64,000 nucleotides of DNA, from assembly GCA_002269645.1 (NCBI GenBank), contig NIVC01000733.1, positions 124,001-188,000 on the forward strand. Reading direction: 5' to 3'. Positions within the stretch are counted from its first letter, which is position 1; each line of letters opens with the position of its first letter. The stretch is from Macrostomum lignano (lineage: Eukaryota). Below the pieces are notes generated by a model. That model saw nothing but the letters and a program-made list of their open reading frames with translations. It made no database searches and had not been told where the DNA came from. The translations under genes were made by a program, and so were the position numbers. Positions 1 through 13,131 of this stretch are shown in pieces.

Positions 1-786
<786 letters not shown>

Positions 787-1018
787 GGTAGATTCAGCAT
801 CATCTCGTGAACACGTTTCCCAGTGTAACCATATCTCAAGTCGGTGCTTCTCTTTGTTTAAATCTATCTAATCTCGTTCCTTTCATCCATTCTCTGATCG
901 ACTTAACTATCATAATCTAACCTACGTAGTGACATCTATCCTCATTTCTTCTCATCTACTCTCTACTCCCCTTCTCATCTACTCTCATCAATTCTCATAT
1001 AATATGCTCTCTTCCCAG

Positions 1019-1342
1019 GTAGTCCTGACCCACCTGCCCACGGGCACTGTGGTGCACTGCCAGGAAACCAGGTCCCTACACGAGAATCGTCAAATCGCCC
1101 GTCGCCGCCTTCAAGAGAAGCTGGATGTTCTCATCAACGGCGAACACGCCGCCTCGTTGGTGGCCGATCGAGAGCGTCGAGCTCGGGACCGCTACGAGCA
1201 CGGCAGGAGCGTGTCCCGGCTGCAGATGAAATTGCGGCTCAAAGAGGAGCTCGCTAATCGGCTGCCGCAGCGGCTGGAGACGCCTCCGAGCAGGGACGAG
1301 GGTGGCGACGCTGATGCTAATAATGGTACTGATGATCGATGA
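1019..1342 (+). CDS. MTRFR: Terminal exon of mitochondrial class I release/rescue factor (C12orf65/MTRFR-like); the GGQ exon lies upstream of the window
   Basis: Acceptor ttcccag|gta at 1018/1019. VVLTHLPTGTVVHCQETRSLHENRQIARRRLQEKLDVLINGE matches the post-GGQ RF-1 segment of C12orf65 (recalled as [36 protein letters not shown]). Basic helical tail follows; TGA at 1340-1342. Confidence 0.85.
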   Translation, partial: VVLTHLPTGTVVHCQETRSLHENRQIARRRLQEKLDVLINGEHAASLVADRERRARDRYEHGRSVSRLQMKLRLKEELANRLPQRLETPPSRDEGGDADANNGTDDR

Positions 1343-1384
1343 CTGACTTGTAGCATCTTATTTAGCTCACGTTTGTCAGCCTGT

Positions 1385-1610
1385 CTCTTATCTCATCCCG
1401 AAGATCTCTTATCTCACCCCGTAGATAGATCTCATCTCACCCTGTAGATCTTATCTCACCCCGTAGATCTCTTATTTCACCCCGTAGATCCCTGTCTCAA
1501 CCCGTAGATCTCTTATTTCACCCCGTAGATCCCTGTCTCAACCCGTAGATCTCTTATCTCACCCCGTAGATCTCTCATCTCAACCTGTGGATGTCTAATC
1601 TCACCCCGAA
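1385..1610. repeat. Degenerate ~21-bp minisatellite (ATCTCACCCCGTAGATCTCTT)
   Basis: About 10 imperfect copies visible. Confidence 0.8.
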
Positions 1611-1960
1611 ATCTTCTATTTTATATTGGCCGGTAGATTTTAATCACATCTTACCCACAGATCTCGATCTTATCCCAGCTAGTACTCGTAGATCTCCTAT
1701 CGCATCTCACCCTTCCCTTAGATCTCCTATCTTCAGTGTCGCTGATCTTCAACTTACGTTTTAACCCGTGTCTTTCAATCTGCAATACTCTGGCACTGCC
1801 AATAACTTGTACAGGATCTGGTATTTGAATTTGGTACTAATTAAAATAAATACACACGACTGACCTAATGACCGATTCAATTGTCAAGATGTGCCTGTTT
1901 TGGCTTGTAAATTCGTGTTCTCAACTTTGAGTTTACCTGATTTTTGATTATCAGTTGGCG

Positions 1961-4275
1961 CTAATCTACTCAGAGAATCAGCTCTAATCCACCCTGAGAA
2001 TCGGCTCTAATCCACCCTGAGAATCGGCTCTAATCCACCCTGAGAATCGGCTCTAATCCCCCCTGAGAATCGGCTCTAATCCTCCCTGAGAATCGGCTCT
2101 AATCCACCCTGAGAATCGGCTCTAATCCACCCTGAGAATCGGCTCTAATCCTCCCTGAGAATCGGCTCTAATCCACCCTGAGAATCGGCTCTAATCCACC
2201 CTGAGAATCGGCTCTAATCCACCCTGAGAATCGGCTCTAATCCACCCTGAGAATCGGCTCTAATCCACCCTGAGAATCGGCTCTAATCCACCCTGAGAAT
2301 CGGCTCTAATCCCCCCTGAGAATCAGCTCTAATCCTCCCTGAGAATCGGCTCTAATCCACCCTGAGAATCGGCTCTAATCCCCCGTGAGAATCGGCTCTA
2401 ATCCACCCTGAGAATCGGCTCTAATCCACCCTGAGAATCGGCTCTAATCCTCCCTGAGAATCGGCTCTAATCCACCCTGAGAATCGGCTCTAATCCCCCC
2501 TGAGAATCGGCTCTAATCCACCCTGAGAATCGGCTCTAATCCACCCTGAGAATCGGCTCTAATCCACCCTGAGAATCGGCTCTAATCCACCCTGAGAATC
2601 GGCTCTAATCCACCCTGAGAATCGGCTCTAATCCACCCTGAGAATCGGCTCTAATCCACCCTGAGAATCGGCTCTAATCCCCCCTGAGAATCGGCTCTAA
2701 TCCACCCTGAGAATCGGCTCTAATCCACCCTGAGAATCGGCTCTAATCCCCCTGAGAATCGGCTCTAATCCACCCTGAGAATCGGCTCTAATCCACCCTG
2801 AGAATCGGCTCTAATCCACCCTGAGAATCGGCTCTAATCCTCCCTGAGAATCGGCTCTAATCCATCCTGAGAATGGGCTCCAATTCACCCTGAGAATCGG
2901 CTCTAATCCACCCTGAGAATCGGCTCTAATCCATCCTGAGAATCGGCTCTAATCCACCCTGAGAATCGGCTCTAATCCATCCTGAGAATCGGCTCTAATC
3001 CACCCTGAGAATCAGCTCTAATCCACCCTGAGAATCGGCTCTAATCCTCCCTGAGAATCGGCTCTAATCCACCCTGAGAATCGGCTCTAATCCACCCTGA
3101 GAATCGGCTCTAATCCACCCTGAGAATCGGCTCTAATCCACCCTGAGAATCGGCTCTAATCCCCCCTGAGAATCGGCTCTAATCCACCCTGAGAATCGGC
3201 TCTAATCCACCCTGAGAATCGGCTCTAATCCACCCTGAGAATCGGCTCTAATCCACCCTGAGAATCGGCTCTAATCCACCCTGAGAATCGGCTCTAATCC
3301 ACCCTGAGAATCGGCTCTAATCCATCCTGAGAATCGGCTCTAATCCACCCTGAGAATCGGCTCTAATCCACCCTGAGAATCGGCTCTAATCCACCCTGAG
3401 AATCGGCTCTAATCCCCCCTGAGAATCGGCTCTAATCCACCCTGAGAATCGGCTCTAATCCACCCTGAGAATCGGCTCTAATCCTCCCTGAGAATCGGCT
3501 CTAATCCATCCTGAGAATGGGCTCTAATCCACCCTGAGAATCGGCTCTAATCCACCCTGAGAATCGGCTCTAATCCACTCTGAGAATCGGCTCTAATCCA
3601 CCCTGAGAATCGGCTCTAATCCACCCTGAGAATCGGCTCTAATCCACCCTGAGAATCGGCTCTAATCCACCCTGAGAATCGGCTCTAATCCACCCTGAGA
3701 ATCGGCTCTAATCCACCCTGAGAATCGGCTCTAATCCCCCCTGAGAATCGGCTCTAATCCTCCCTGAGAATCGGCTCTAATCCACCCTGAGAATCGGCTC
3801 TAATCCCCCCTGAGAATGGGCTCTAATCCTCCCTGAGAATCGGCTCTAATCCACCCTGAGAATGGGCTCTAATCCACCCTGAGAATCGGCTCTAATCCAC
3901 CCTGAGAATCGGCTCTAATCCACCCTGAGAATCGGCTCTAATCCACCCTGAGAATCGGCTCTAATCCACCCTGAGAATCGGCTCTAATCCACCCTGAGAA
4001 TCGGCTCTAATCCACCCTGAGAATCGGCTCTAATCCACCCTGAGAATCGGCTCTAATCCACCCTGAGAATCGGCTCTAATCCACCCTGAGAATCGGCTCT
4101 AATCCACCCTGAGAATCGGCTCTAATCCCCCCTGAGAATCGGCTCTAATCCACCCTGATAATCGGCTCTAATCCACCCTGAGAATCGGCTCTAATCCACC
4201 CTGAGAATCGGCTCTAATCCATCCTGAGAATCGGCTCTAATCCATCCTGAGAATCGTCTCTAATCCACCCTCAGA
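1961..4275. repeat. 23-bp minisatellite GCTCTAATCCACCCTGAGAATCG, ~100 copies
   Basis: Highly homogeneous head-to-tail array; variation mostly in the CCACCC/CCCCCC/CCTCCC/CCATCC position. Confidence 0.97.
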
Positions 4276-4552
4276 ATTCGAATGCTTCAAGAAGGGTTGA
4301 TAAGCAAGACTTGTTAAAGCAACAGCTTCATCAAGGTATATTAGTGTAGCAGTATAAAGCAAAACCAAACAAAAAATTCCGAGCAAAAACTTCGGCTTTA
4401 GCTCTCTCGTTGTTGCAGAAATACAGAAAAAAAAGGAGACATTTCTTCAGCAGCTATAGGAATCATGTGAAGTGGTTTTTAATAACCGATTAGTGATAGT
4501 TAATCCTTGGCTATAGCAGTCAAATCGAAATCACTTTGTCGGGCATCCGGCA

Positions 4553-4804
4553 TCAAGGCTTCCTGGTGTCGAAACCCGCCATGCTGTACACCACGTCAAC
4601 AAAGAAGAAATAATTAACATCCTCTCTTGTGCCGACTGTCTGCTTGAACTTGCGGTACAGCAGCGCCCATTCCTCCTCCGAGAAGCTGCTTACGATGCCC
4701 AGATCGGTGAGGACTCGCCTGAACTGATTCTGCGAGATGGTGCCGTGGTGCACTTTGTCGTAGCTCTCGAAGAATGGCAGCATCTGAGTGCGCCGTTCGC
4801 GGAC
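4553..4804 (-). CDS. Multi-EF-hand protein, coding exon 8 (last)
   Basis: Acceptor ccacag|gtc (phase 0). VRERRTQMLPFFESYDKVHHGTISQNQFRRVL...RKP*, EF-hand-pair module 8. Confidence 0.9.
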   Translation of the reverse strand, partial: VRERRTQMLPFFESYDKVHHGTISQNQFRRVLTDLGIVSSFSEEEWALLYRKFKQTVGTREDVNYFFFVDVVYSMAGFDTRKP

Positions 4805-4859
4805 CTGTGGGCCGGTGTTGGTTGGCTGGGCTGCTGGCTACTGGCTTTTTCATGGCCTC

Positions 4860-5735
4860 GCATCCCCATCTCACATCTTTGTCACTGCATCCCTGTCCCT
4901 GCATCCCTGTCCCTGCATCTCTGTCCCTGCATCCCTGTCCCTGCATCTCTGTCCCTGCATCCCTGTCCCTGCATCCCTGTCCCTGCAACTCTGTCCCTGC
5001 ATCCCTGTCCCTGCATCTCTGTCCCTGCATCTTTGTCCCTGCATCCCTGTCCATGCATCCTGTCCCTGCATCCTGTTCCTTCATCCTTGTCCCTGCATCA
5101 CTGTCCCTGCATCCCTGTCCCTGCATCTCTGTCCCTGCATCCCTGTCCCTGCATCTCTGTCCCTGCATCCCTGTCCCTGCATCCCTGTCCCTGCAACTCT
5201 GTCCCTGCATCCCTGTCCCTGCATCTCTGTCCCTGCATCTTTGTCCCTGCATCCCTGTCCATGCATCCTGTCCCTGCATCCTGTTCCTTCATCCTTGTCC
5301 CTGCATCACTGTCCCTGCATCCCTGTCCCTGCATCTCTGTCCCTGCATCCCTGTCCCTGCGTCTCTGTCCCTGCATCCCTGTCCATGCATCCTGTCCCTA
5401 CATCTTTGTCCCTGCATCCCTGTCCATGCATCCTGTCCCTGCATCTTTGTCCCTGCATCCCTGTCCATGCATCCTTGTCCATGCATCTCTGTCCCTGCAT
5501 CTCTGTCCCTGCATCCCTGTCCCTGCATCTCTGTCCCTGCATCCCTGTCCCTGCATCTCTGTCCCTGCATCCCTGTCCCTACATCTCTGTCCCTGCATCC
5601 CTGTCCCTGCATCCTGTCCCTACATCTTTGTCCCTGCATCCCTGTCCATGCATCCTGTCCCTGCATCCTCATCTCCGTCCCTGCATCCCTGTCCCTGCAT
5701 CCCTGTTCCTGCATCCCCATCTCTGTCCCTACATC
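4860..5735. repeat. 14-bp minisatellite TGTCCCTGCATCCC/TCTC in EF-hand gene intron 7
   Basis: Direct tandem repeat; source of the spurious Cys/Pro ORFs. Confidence 0.95.
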
Positions 5736-5873
5736 CAAGCCTAACGTTAAACAGGTAAAAAGTCCCATCTCCCAAAGAACTCCCAGAACTTCCCCAAAAG
5801 CCATGTGCCAAATCCCAAACGACCTGAACAGTAAGAAATTCTGAGTGTAGAGTCGGCTCCAGTCCATGCTCAC

Positions 5874-6078
5874 CTGTTGAGCAATGAGCAGCAGCAGTTT
5901 GTTAACCGACTGCTCAGCCTCGGCCGGCAGGTAGTTGATGCAGCTCTCTGGCTCAGGCACAAACTGCTCAGGGTTAGCCAGCGGAGTCTTGTCCAGGTGC
6001 TTCTGCGTGAAGGCAGCCTCTACGTCGTCAACGAAACGCATCCATTCCACCGAGTCCGGGTCTTTGCGCGACTGGTAC
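5874..6078 (-). CDS. Multi-EF-hand protein, coding exon 7
   Basis: Acceptor ggcag|g tac (phase 2), donor cag|gtgagc (phase 0). YQSRKDPDSVEWMRFVDDVEAAFTQKHLDKTP...IAQQ. Confidence 0.88.
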
Positions 6079-6189
6079 CTGCCAGGTGCGGTGAAATTTG
6101 GCCGAGTTGCGAAACTGGGACTTTCAGTTTAGGGAATTAAAGTCTCGAAGATTCGGGATTCCGAATTTAGGGGTTCTAATCGAGAATTG

Positions 6190-6435
6190 AGGATTTGGGA
6201 TGTCGGAGCTTGGAGATTTGGGATGTCGGAGTTGGGGATTTGGGATGTCGGAATTGGGGATTTGGGATGTCGGAGCTTGGAGATTTTGGATGCCGGAGTT
6301 GGAGATTTGGGATGTCGGAAATTGGAGATTTGGGATGTCGGAACTTTGGGATTTGAGATGTCCAAGCTTGGGGATTTGGGATGTCGGAGCTCGAGGATTT
6401 GGGATGTCGGAGTTGGGGATTTGGGATGTCGCTTA
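6190..6435. repeat. ~22-bp minisatellite GGAGATTTGGGATGTCGGAGTT in intron 6
   Basis: About 11 imperfect copies. Confidence 0.9.
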
Positions 6436-7322
6436 CAAACAAATTGCAATTCGTGAGAAGCAAAAAGATGAAGCATTAACACTATTGATCTGTAGAGAAA
6501 ACGTGAAGAAGTCAAACCAGAAACTCTTCACGGAGGCTTAAAAACTTTTGCCAGTTTGTTTTTTAGTCCTCTGAAAGTTTCTTGACCAAATAAGACGCAT
6601 CCGGAATGATGGACAGATTTGAGGCATTGTTTTCCATGCTCATCACTAAGAGAGCACTTTGACAACACTTTGAAAATCGATATTGATTGAGCTCGATCGC
6701 TATTGTTGCACAGTGCTACACGAAAAGGAAACAGCAAGTCTCTTCCATTAAACTAGAAAGTACCTGCACACTCAGGAAAATGGGTTGGTCAACAAAAGAC
6801 AACACTAGCTAAGCCTCCAAGTTTTTAAGGTAAAAAAAGTGGCACTTAACCTCGCTCTAAAAGCTCCATGGTCTTGCAACTTACTAAGCTGAATTTTGGA
6901 AGTCAGAACTCTCATGTACTTTTAGAGTGCAAGGAAGTATTGCAATAACAAATTATGCACTTTACAAGTTCAGTCGCACTCCTAAAGTACATGTATTTCT
7001 ATAGTCTACAAGTAATATTAAATCTTTCAACGTAGTGAGAATTTAAAATTACTGTCACGCTTTCACTGGGGTTTATGTACGTTAAAAGTACGGTCAGACT
7101 TATGCAAGTACTTATGTACTTTAAAAGTACATCTGAACTATTCTTAGTACTTGTCGCTTCCCTGTGTACTACAAAATTACAGCAAAATTTTTGCTGTGGT
7201 TTTTGTACTTTTAAAGTACAATGAAAGTTGAAAATAAAAATCTATAAAATCTGGATCAAAGGCGCGATGCTGCACCGCAAAAGTGCAAACGCAATAAAAT
7301 CGGACAATGCCGCCGAACTCAC

Positions 7323-7962
7323 AGATCCTCCAAGTGGCTGAACTCGGACTCGCCCAGTTGCAGTCCCGAGCCGCTCAACGCTCGCCTAAACGTCACCTTA
7401 GAGATTCGGCCGCTTCTAAGCTTGTCAAAGTCGCGCAAAAACTCCTGAACCCGAATTCGTTCGCGTACAGCCTTGGTTCGAATCCTGTAGAGCACCTGGT
7501 CGGCGTCGGTGGCCGGCCGAAGGTCCGGCAGGCGGCCTCTCGACTGCACCAGCCGGAGCTCCTGCAGCCGTTTGCCGTACATGAACTCCACCGGCTTCTC
7601 GGGCTCCAGATCCTCCAGAAAAGCGGCATAGTTGAAGCCTTCGTCAACCGCGAATCGAGCCTCGATGGCCTCGAGCTCTTCCGGCTCGCAGTGCAGCCCC
7701 AGCATCGTCATCGCCTGCCGGAACTGCGTCCTGGACATTGTGCCCCGCCTGTGCTTGTCGAAATCGCGAAAAGTCGGCCTGACGAGCATCCGGCGTTGAG
7801 CCACCTTCAGGGCCAGCCGCTCCAGGGCCTGGTCGTAGCAGCTACGGTGCTCCGGGCTCGCGGACGCCTCCCAGTTGATCGTGCCCGGCTTCGGGGCCAC
7901 GAACAGCTCCTGGGCGGGTACGGCAGCGAACGGGTCCTTCTCCAAGCCGGTGCGGGTGAACA
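7323..7962 (-). CDS. Multi-EF-hand protein, coding exon 6
   Basis: Acceptor ccgcag|tg (phase 1), donor ct|gtgagt (phase 2). Contains FRDFDKHRRGTMSRTQF and FLRDFDKLRSGRISKVTF EF loops. Confidence 0.93.
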
Positions 7963-8009
7963 CTGCGGTGACGGAGTGGGAAGTGGCTGTCTATCTGCTC
8001 AATTAAAGC

Positions 8010-8500
8010 CTCCCTATCGCTTCCCTGTCGCTTCCTTGTCGCTTCCCTGTCGCTTCTCTGTCGCTACCCTGTCGCTTCTCTGTCGCTACCCTGTCGCTAC
8101 CCTGTCGCTTCCCTGTCACTACCCTGTCGCTACCCTGTCGCTACCCTGTCGCTACCCTGTCGCTACCCTGTCGCTACCCTGTCGCTTCCCTGTCGCTACC
8201 CTGTCGCTACCCTGTCGCTTCCCTGTCGCTTCCCTGTCGCTACCCTGTCGCTTCCCTGTCGCTACCCTGTCGCTACCCTGTCGCTACCCTGTCACTTCCC
8301 TGTCGCTTCCCTGTCGCTACCCTGTCGCTACCCTGTCGCTACCCTGTCGCTTCCCTGTCGCTACCCTGTCGCTTCCCTGTCGCTTCCCTTTCGCTTCCCT
8401 GTCGCTACCCTGTCGCTTCCCTGTCGCTACCCTGTCGCTTCCCGGTCGCTTCCCTATCTCTTCCATATCGCTTCCATATACCGCTTCCATATCGCTTCCC
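8010..8500. repeat. 11-bp minisatellite CCCTGTCGCT(A/T) in intron 5
   Basis: Direct tandem repeat. Confidence 0.95.
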
Positions 8501-8513
8501 ACTCCATACTCAC

Positions 8514-8724
8514 CGCTATCCACATCCGCCACAAAGTCCATCCAGCGGACTTTCTCCCCGTCCCTGGCATCGGCGTACTGGTTGCAGAGCAGGTCGAGCT
8601 GACGCGAACTCAGGTCATGCCAGCCCAGCTTGCTGAGTCCCAACTGGGACAGGCAGCGCTGGAACTGGGACCGCGTCATCAAACCGCTGCGCAGGGTGTC
8701 GTAGTCCACGAAGAAGTCCTTGAC
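8514..8724 (-). CDS. Multi-EF-hand protein, coding exon 5
   Basis: Acceptor ccacag|gtc, donor g|gtgagt (phase 1). VKDFFVDYDTLRSGLMTRSQFQRCL...VRWMDFVADVDS. Confidence 0.92.
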
Positions 8725-8764
8725 CTGTGGATGTTTCGTAGGAATTATACTGCATTCGTTGCAT

Positions 8765-8795
<31 letters not shown>

Positions 8796-8823
8796 GCTAC
8801 TACTACTACTACCACTACTACTG

Positions 8824-8869
<46 letters not shown>

Positions 8870-8898
8870 AACTACTACTACTACTACTACTACTACTG

Positions 8899-8942
<44 letters not shown>

Positions 8943-8943
8943 G

Positions 8944-8990
<47 letters not shown>

Positions 8991-9012
8991 GCTACTACTA
9001 CGACTACTACTA
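8765..9012. repeat. (CTA)n trinucleotide microsatellite in intron 4
   Basis: Direct repeat with CTG/CCA/CAA interruptions. Confidence 0.97.
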
Positions 9013-9026
9013 CAGATAGTACTCAC

Positions 9027-9368
9027 CCTAGCCCTCGTGCTCAGCACCAACGACCTGATGCGCACCATCAGCTCATCGAAGGTGACATTGTCTCCCACAG
9101 TCACCACCGGCCTCTCAACGATGGCCTGCCAGTCGCGGGTCTCAGCCTGGGCCGCCCGGGTCTCCAAGTCGGCCTGACGCGACACCCGCTGCTGGCAGAA
9201 GTCCGCGTCCACAGCCTCGGCGAAGGCCGGATAGTTCACGTCTCCTGTGGCCGGGTCGGCGAACTTGCGGGCGAGCAGCTTCAGCTTCTCCGGGCTGACG
9301 TCCAGGGTGAGGAAGTGCAGCGATCGGGCGAACTGCTGTGGCGTCATCACCCGGGTGTAGGCCGTGCT
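9027..9368 (-). CDS. Multi-EF-hand protein, coding exon 4
   Basis: Acceptor cacag|agc, donor agg|gtgagt, both phase 0. STAYTRVMTPQQFARSLHFL...VNYPAFAEAVD...RAR. Confidence 0.9.
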
Positions 9369-9388
9369 CTGTGGGTGCGGGCCGGGAG

Positions 9389-9412
9389 GCTGACTGTCTG
9401 CCTGTCTGTCTG

Positions 9413-9469
<57 letters not shown>

Positions 9470-9472
9470 GAC

Positions 9473-9549
<77 letters not shown>

Positions 9550-9552
9550 GAC

Positions 9553-9584
<32 letters not shown>

Positions 9585-9612
9585 CTGTCTGTCTGTCTGT
9601 CTGTCTGTCTGT
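9389..9612. repeat. (TCTG)n microsatellite in intron 3
   Basis: Direct repeat. Confidence 0.97.
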
Positions 9613-10261
9613 CTCCCTAGAAACTATAGCTCTTTGTGACTGCGCATCTTGTGCGTGAGAGCTGCATTGAGCTGTATTAGCTCATTTTTGAACATCTTGC
9701 GTTACAGAGATAATAAGTCTGACGTCAGTTAGAGTTTTTTATTACGAGTACGATCGAGCTTACTGCATCTCTCTTTGCTAGATTAGATATTCGAGCAGGT
9801 AGGAGCAGCTCAGATTGCTGCGCCAAGTCAGCGGAGAGTTCTAAGAGTTACCCGCCCCTCCCTTGGAGTCTAATTAGTGGCCTGTAAAATAGCAGAACTC
9901 TCTAATTGCTCAGCTCGGAAATTAAGGTTATTTGAAATGATGAATTCGAGCTGACAGGAAGTCAATGAGAGTCGGGAGCGATCACTGTTATTATGGGAAT
10001 TTTGTGAGGAAGAGTTGCAATTAAAATTGCAACTTTCCACTTTCCTTGGCTCCTTAGGAATAAAAGACCGGCATTGTGGGATCTATTTTTACTTAAGAAC
10101 CTTTTTTCAGATCCTTTGGGAAAAAGAAAATGAGACAGAAGACCGGGTCAAGGTCAAGTAGCTGCATGTATAATATGCTCTGGATTGCAGCTAAATAGGA
10201 TTATTAACTCTTGCTTGGCTGCTTTTGCTATTGCTTCTTTTAGATTCTGAGTTTTCCTGGG

Positions 10262-10552
10262 AAGATGGAGGGGAAAGGGGATGGGAAATGAGAGGGGATG
10301 TGGGGGGAATGGGAGTGAAAATGAGAGGGAAAATGAGAGGGGAATGGGATGGAAGTGGGAGGGGAAGAGGGAGGGGAAGTGGGAGGGGGGAATGAGAGGG
10401 TAAAGGAGAGGGGAAAGGAGAGGGGAAAGGAGAGGGGGAAATGAGAGGGGAAATGAGAGGGGAAAGGAGAGGGTGAAATGAGAGGGGAAAAGAGAGGGGA
10501 AATGAGAAGGGAAAAGGAGAGGGGAAAGGAGAGGGGAAAGTAGAGGGGAAAG
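10262..10552. repeat. Purine-rich low-complexity tract (GAGAGGGGAAA-like)
   Basis: Almost pure G/A on the + strand. Confidence 0.85.
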
Positions 10553-10899
10553 TAAGCAGACGTGTAATACAGCACAAATACGAGTATAAGCAAAATTGTG
10601 TAAAATTTCTCGCTATTAAAATTCTTAAATAATAATGACCCGTCAACTTAAGCGAGTAAAGGCAGGGAATTCACTGAAATGATCTCTTTGCCGCAGCCTA
10701 CAGTACAGCAAAATGAGCACGAAACCCATACAGATGAATCCGTACTGATCTGGTGTGCACGGTTACACACTAATTAACACGGATGAAATTCTGTCTACGG
10801 AATCGAATCATTTCATCAAAATTCTTGTTCAATTCTTGTGGTTTTTTTTAATTCTTTGTCATCGAAGTGAATTAAATTTTTGGAGATTATTAAAGTTCT

Positions 10900-11283
10900 A
10901 CCACCGATTCCATGGGGTCACTCTCCCACCCACTGATTCCATGGGGTTACTCTCCCACCCACCGATTCCATGGGGTCACTCTGCCCTGATTCTATGGGGT
11001 CACCCTCCCCTGATTCCATGGGGTCCCTCTCCACCGATTCCATGGGGTCACTCTCCCCCGATTCCATGGGGTCACTCTCCCCCGATTCCATGGGGTCACT
11101 CTCCCCTGATTCCAAGGAGTCCCTCTCCGATTCCATGGGGTCACTCTCTCCCCCGATTCCATGGGGTCACTCTCCCCCGATTCCATGGGGTCACTCTCCA
11201 GCAATTCCATGGAGTCACTCTCCTTCTCCACCGATTCCATGGGGTCACTCTCCCCGCCCCCCACCAACTCCATGGGGTCACTC
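10900..11283. repeat. ~23-bp minisatellite CCGATTCCATGGGGTCACTCTCC
   Basis: About 15 imperfect copies, CCATGG core. Confidence 0.92.
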
Positions 11284-11372
11284 TTAGGTCAATTTTAAGG
11301 CTCACTCCCTAATTAATAATTATTCGCTAACATGCTAACAGGCTTCCAATCCAGACACAGCAACCAACTCAC

Positions 11373-11846
11373 CCTATCGTAGTCCTTGAAGTACTGATAG
11401 ACCATCAGTCGCCTCTCCAGCACCTGTCGTCGAATGTCTTCCATAGTGTCGGCCAAGTCGGCCTCCTCGGCAGCTGTCAGGCGGGGCAGAGTCCTCGCTA
11501 GCGACCCCTGCGCCGGCACTTCCACCGTGGCCAGGGGCTTCTTTTCCAGGTGCGGCACATTGAACGGAGAGTCCATGGCCAGAGCGAAGTCCCTGTAGCG
11601 AACTCTGTTGCTGCCGTCTTTGGCGGCGAAGTAGTGCGCGAGAGCGTGGCACTCGGGCAGGGTGAGCTGGGCCTGCTTGCCGATTGCTAGCATCAGCGAC
11701 TTCACGAACTGGTTCTCCGTCACCAGGTCGTGACGCAGTTTGTCGTGATCGCGCAGAAATTCCAACAGGCGAATGCCGTACTTGTGAACAGCGACGCGAA
11801 GGCGTTGAAGGATCATCTCAATTGACGGGTCCGTCACGGCTTCGGT
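11373..11846 (-). CDS. Multi-EF-hand protein, coding exon 3
   Basis: Acceptor ttccag|acc, donor agg|gtgagt, phase 0. EFLRDHDKLRHDLVTENQF...YQYFKDYDR. Confidence 0.9.
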
Positions 11847-11919
11847 CTGGAATTTGAGTCGAAGTTTGGCTCGGCTGGTGATCATGGTGCTTGGATTGGA
11901 AATGGACTGGCTGGACTTC

Positions 11920-12430
11920 TAATCTCCTTTCTTCTCTCATCTCTCTCCTCTCATTTCTATCTTCTCACCTCTCTCCTCTCATCTCTCTCCTTTCATCTCT
12001 CTCCTCTCTCCTCTCCTCTCTCCTCTCTCATTTCTATCTTCTCACCTCTCTCCTTTCATCTCTCTCCTCTCTCCTCTCATCCCTCTTGTCTCCCTTTCCC
12101 TCTCCCTTCTTCCCCCATCTCCCATTTCTCTCCTCTCTCCCCTTTTCTTTCTCCTCTCTCCTCTCTACTCTTTACTCTCTTCTCTCTTCTCTGCTCTCAC
12201 CTCTCTCATTTTCTCTCTTCTTTTTCCTCTCCTCTCTCCTTTCTCCCCACTATTCTCTCCTCTCTCCCCACTTCTCTCTCTTCTCTGCCCCTTTTCTCTC
12301 TTCTCTCCTCTCTTCTCTCCTCTCTCCTCTCTCCCCACTATTCTCTCCTCTCCTTTCTTCTCTCTCCTCTTCTCTCTCCCCTTCCCCTTCTCTTCTCATG
12401 TTTCGCCTCTGCTTTCATCTCTCCTCTCTA
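11920..12430. repeat. Pyrimidine (CT)-rich low-complexity tract in intron 2
   Basis: Almost pure C/T on the + strand. Confidence 0.85.
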
Positions 12431-12547
12431 CAGTTCTCTGCAGAGAAGCATACGGCAAGGACCTACGGGTGTTCGTAAATTACAAATGAAACATGCACTT
12501 TTAAGCACTTTTCCGGCCTATACAAAAACTCAGCAATAATGAATCAC

Positions 12548-13131
12548 CTCTCCGTTGCTGAAAGCTGACGGCGGTGCTGGCGCAGATTTCGTCGCCACCT
12601 GTTGATCCTGCTGAGCGGAGAAGCCGGCCACGGCATCGAGGTCGCTCTGCAGGTTGAGATAGCTCACCAGCCCGGCTCGCTCCGGGTCGGCGTACCGTCT
12701 GGACAGCAGCGCCACCTCGGCCTCGCCGAACTCCTTCGGCACCGGCAGGGCTCGGTAGAACTGCGACTCCGTCACGCAGCCGACATTGTGCCGGTCGAAT
12801 TCTTTGAAAGCGGCTCGCAGCGAGTAGCCTCCGAGTCGGTAGTGCCTGGCCAGGTGCTCCAAGAGTGACAGCACTTTGTTCTCGCTGTCCGGCGACAGTG
12901 GCCGAACGCTTCGTCGGGTGCCGAGCAGTTCGGACGCGGCCGGGATCTGAGCCGACGGATGCACGGACAAGTCGTCCGGGCGGAAGGCTCGTCCAGCGTC
13001 GATGGAGTCGCAGAATCGACGGTAGTTGAAGCGGCCGTCAGGAGCGCGGTACTTTTGCAGCAGGGCCGACTCCTGCTCTTCGCTGAGCTTGACGCCCAGA
13101 TTCATCCACAGGGTGCGCAGGAATTGATTGC
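12548..13131 (-). CDS. Multi-EF-hand protein, coding exon 2
   Basis: Acceptor gatag|gc (phase 1), donor gag|gtgatt (phase 0). NQFLRTLW...FNYRRFCDSID...AFKEFDRHNVGCVTESQF. Confidence 0.9.

Noticed and set aside
1961-4275. CRISPR-like regular array
   Set aside because: Units are head-to-tail with no unique spacers, the context is eukaryotic, and there are no cas genes.
4614-5844. Multiple 200-350-aa Cys/Pro-rich or Gln/Gly-rich ORFs
   Set aside because: Translations of the 14-bp intronic minisatellite, open in several frames on both strands.
7307-8602. 431-aa plus-strand ORF, and other antisense ORFs over EF-hand, ACSL, CCDC62-like and GPCR exons
   Set aside because: Antisense shadows of GC-rich coding exons, extended by repeats.
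8617-9019. PolyL, polyS, polyY and polyV ORFs
   Set aside because: (CTA)n intron; strong splice sites at 9027 and 8724 remove it and restore the EF-hand module.
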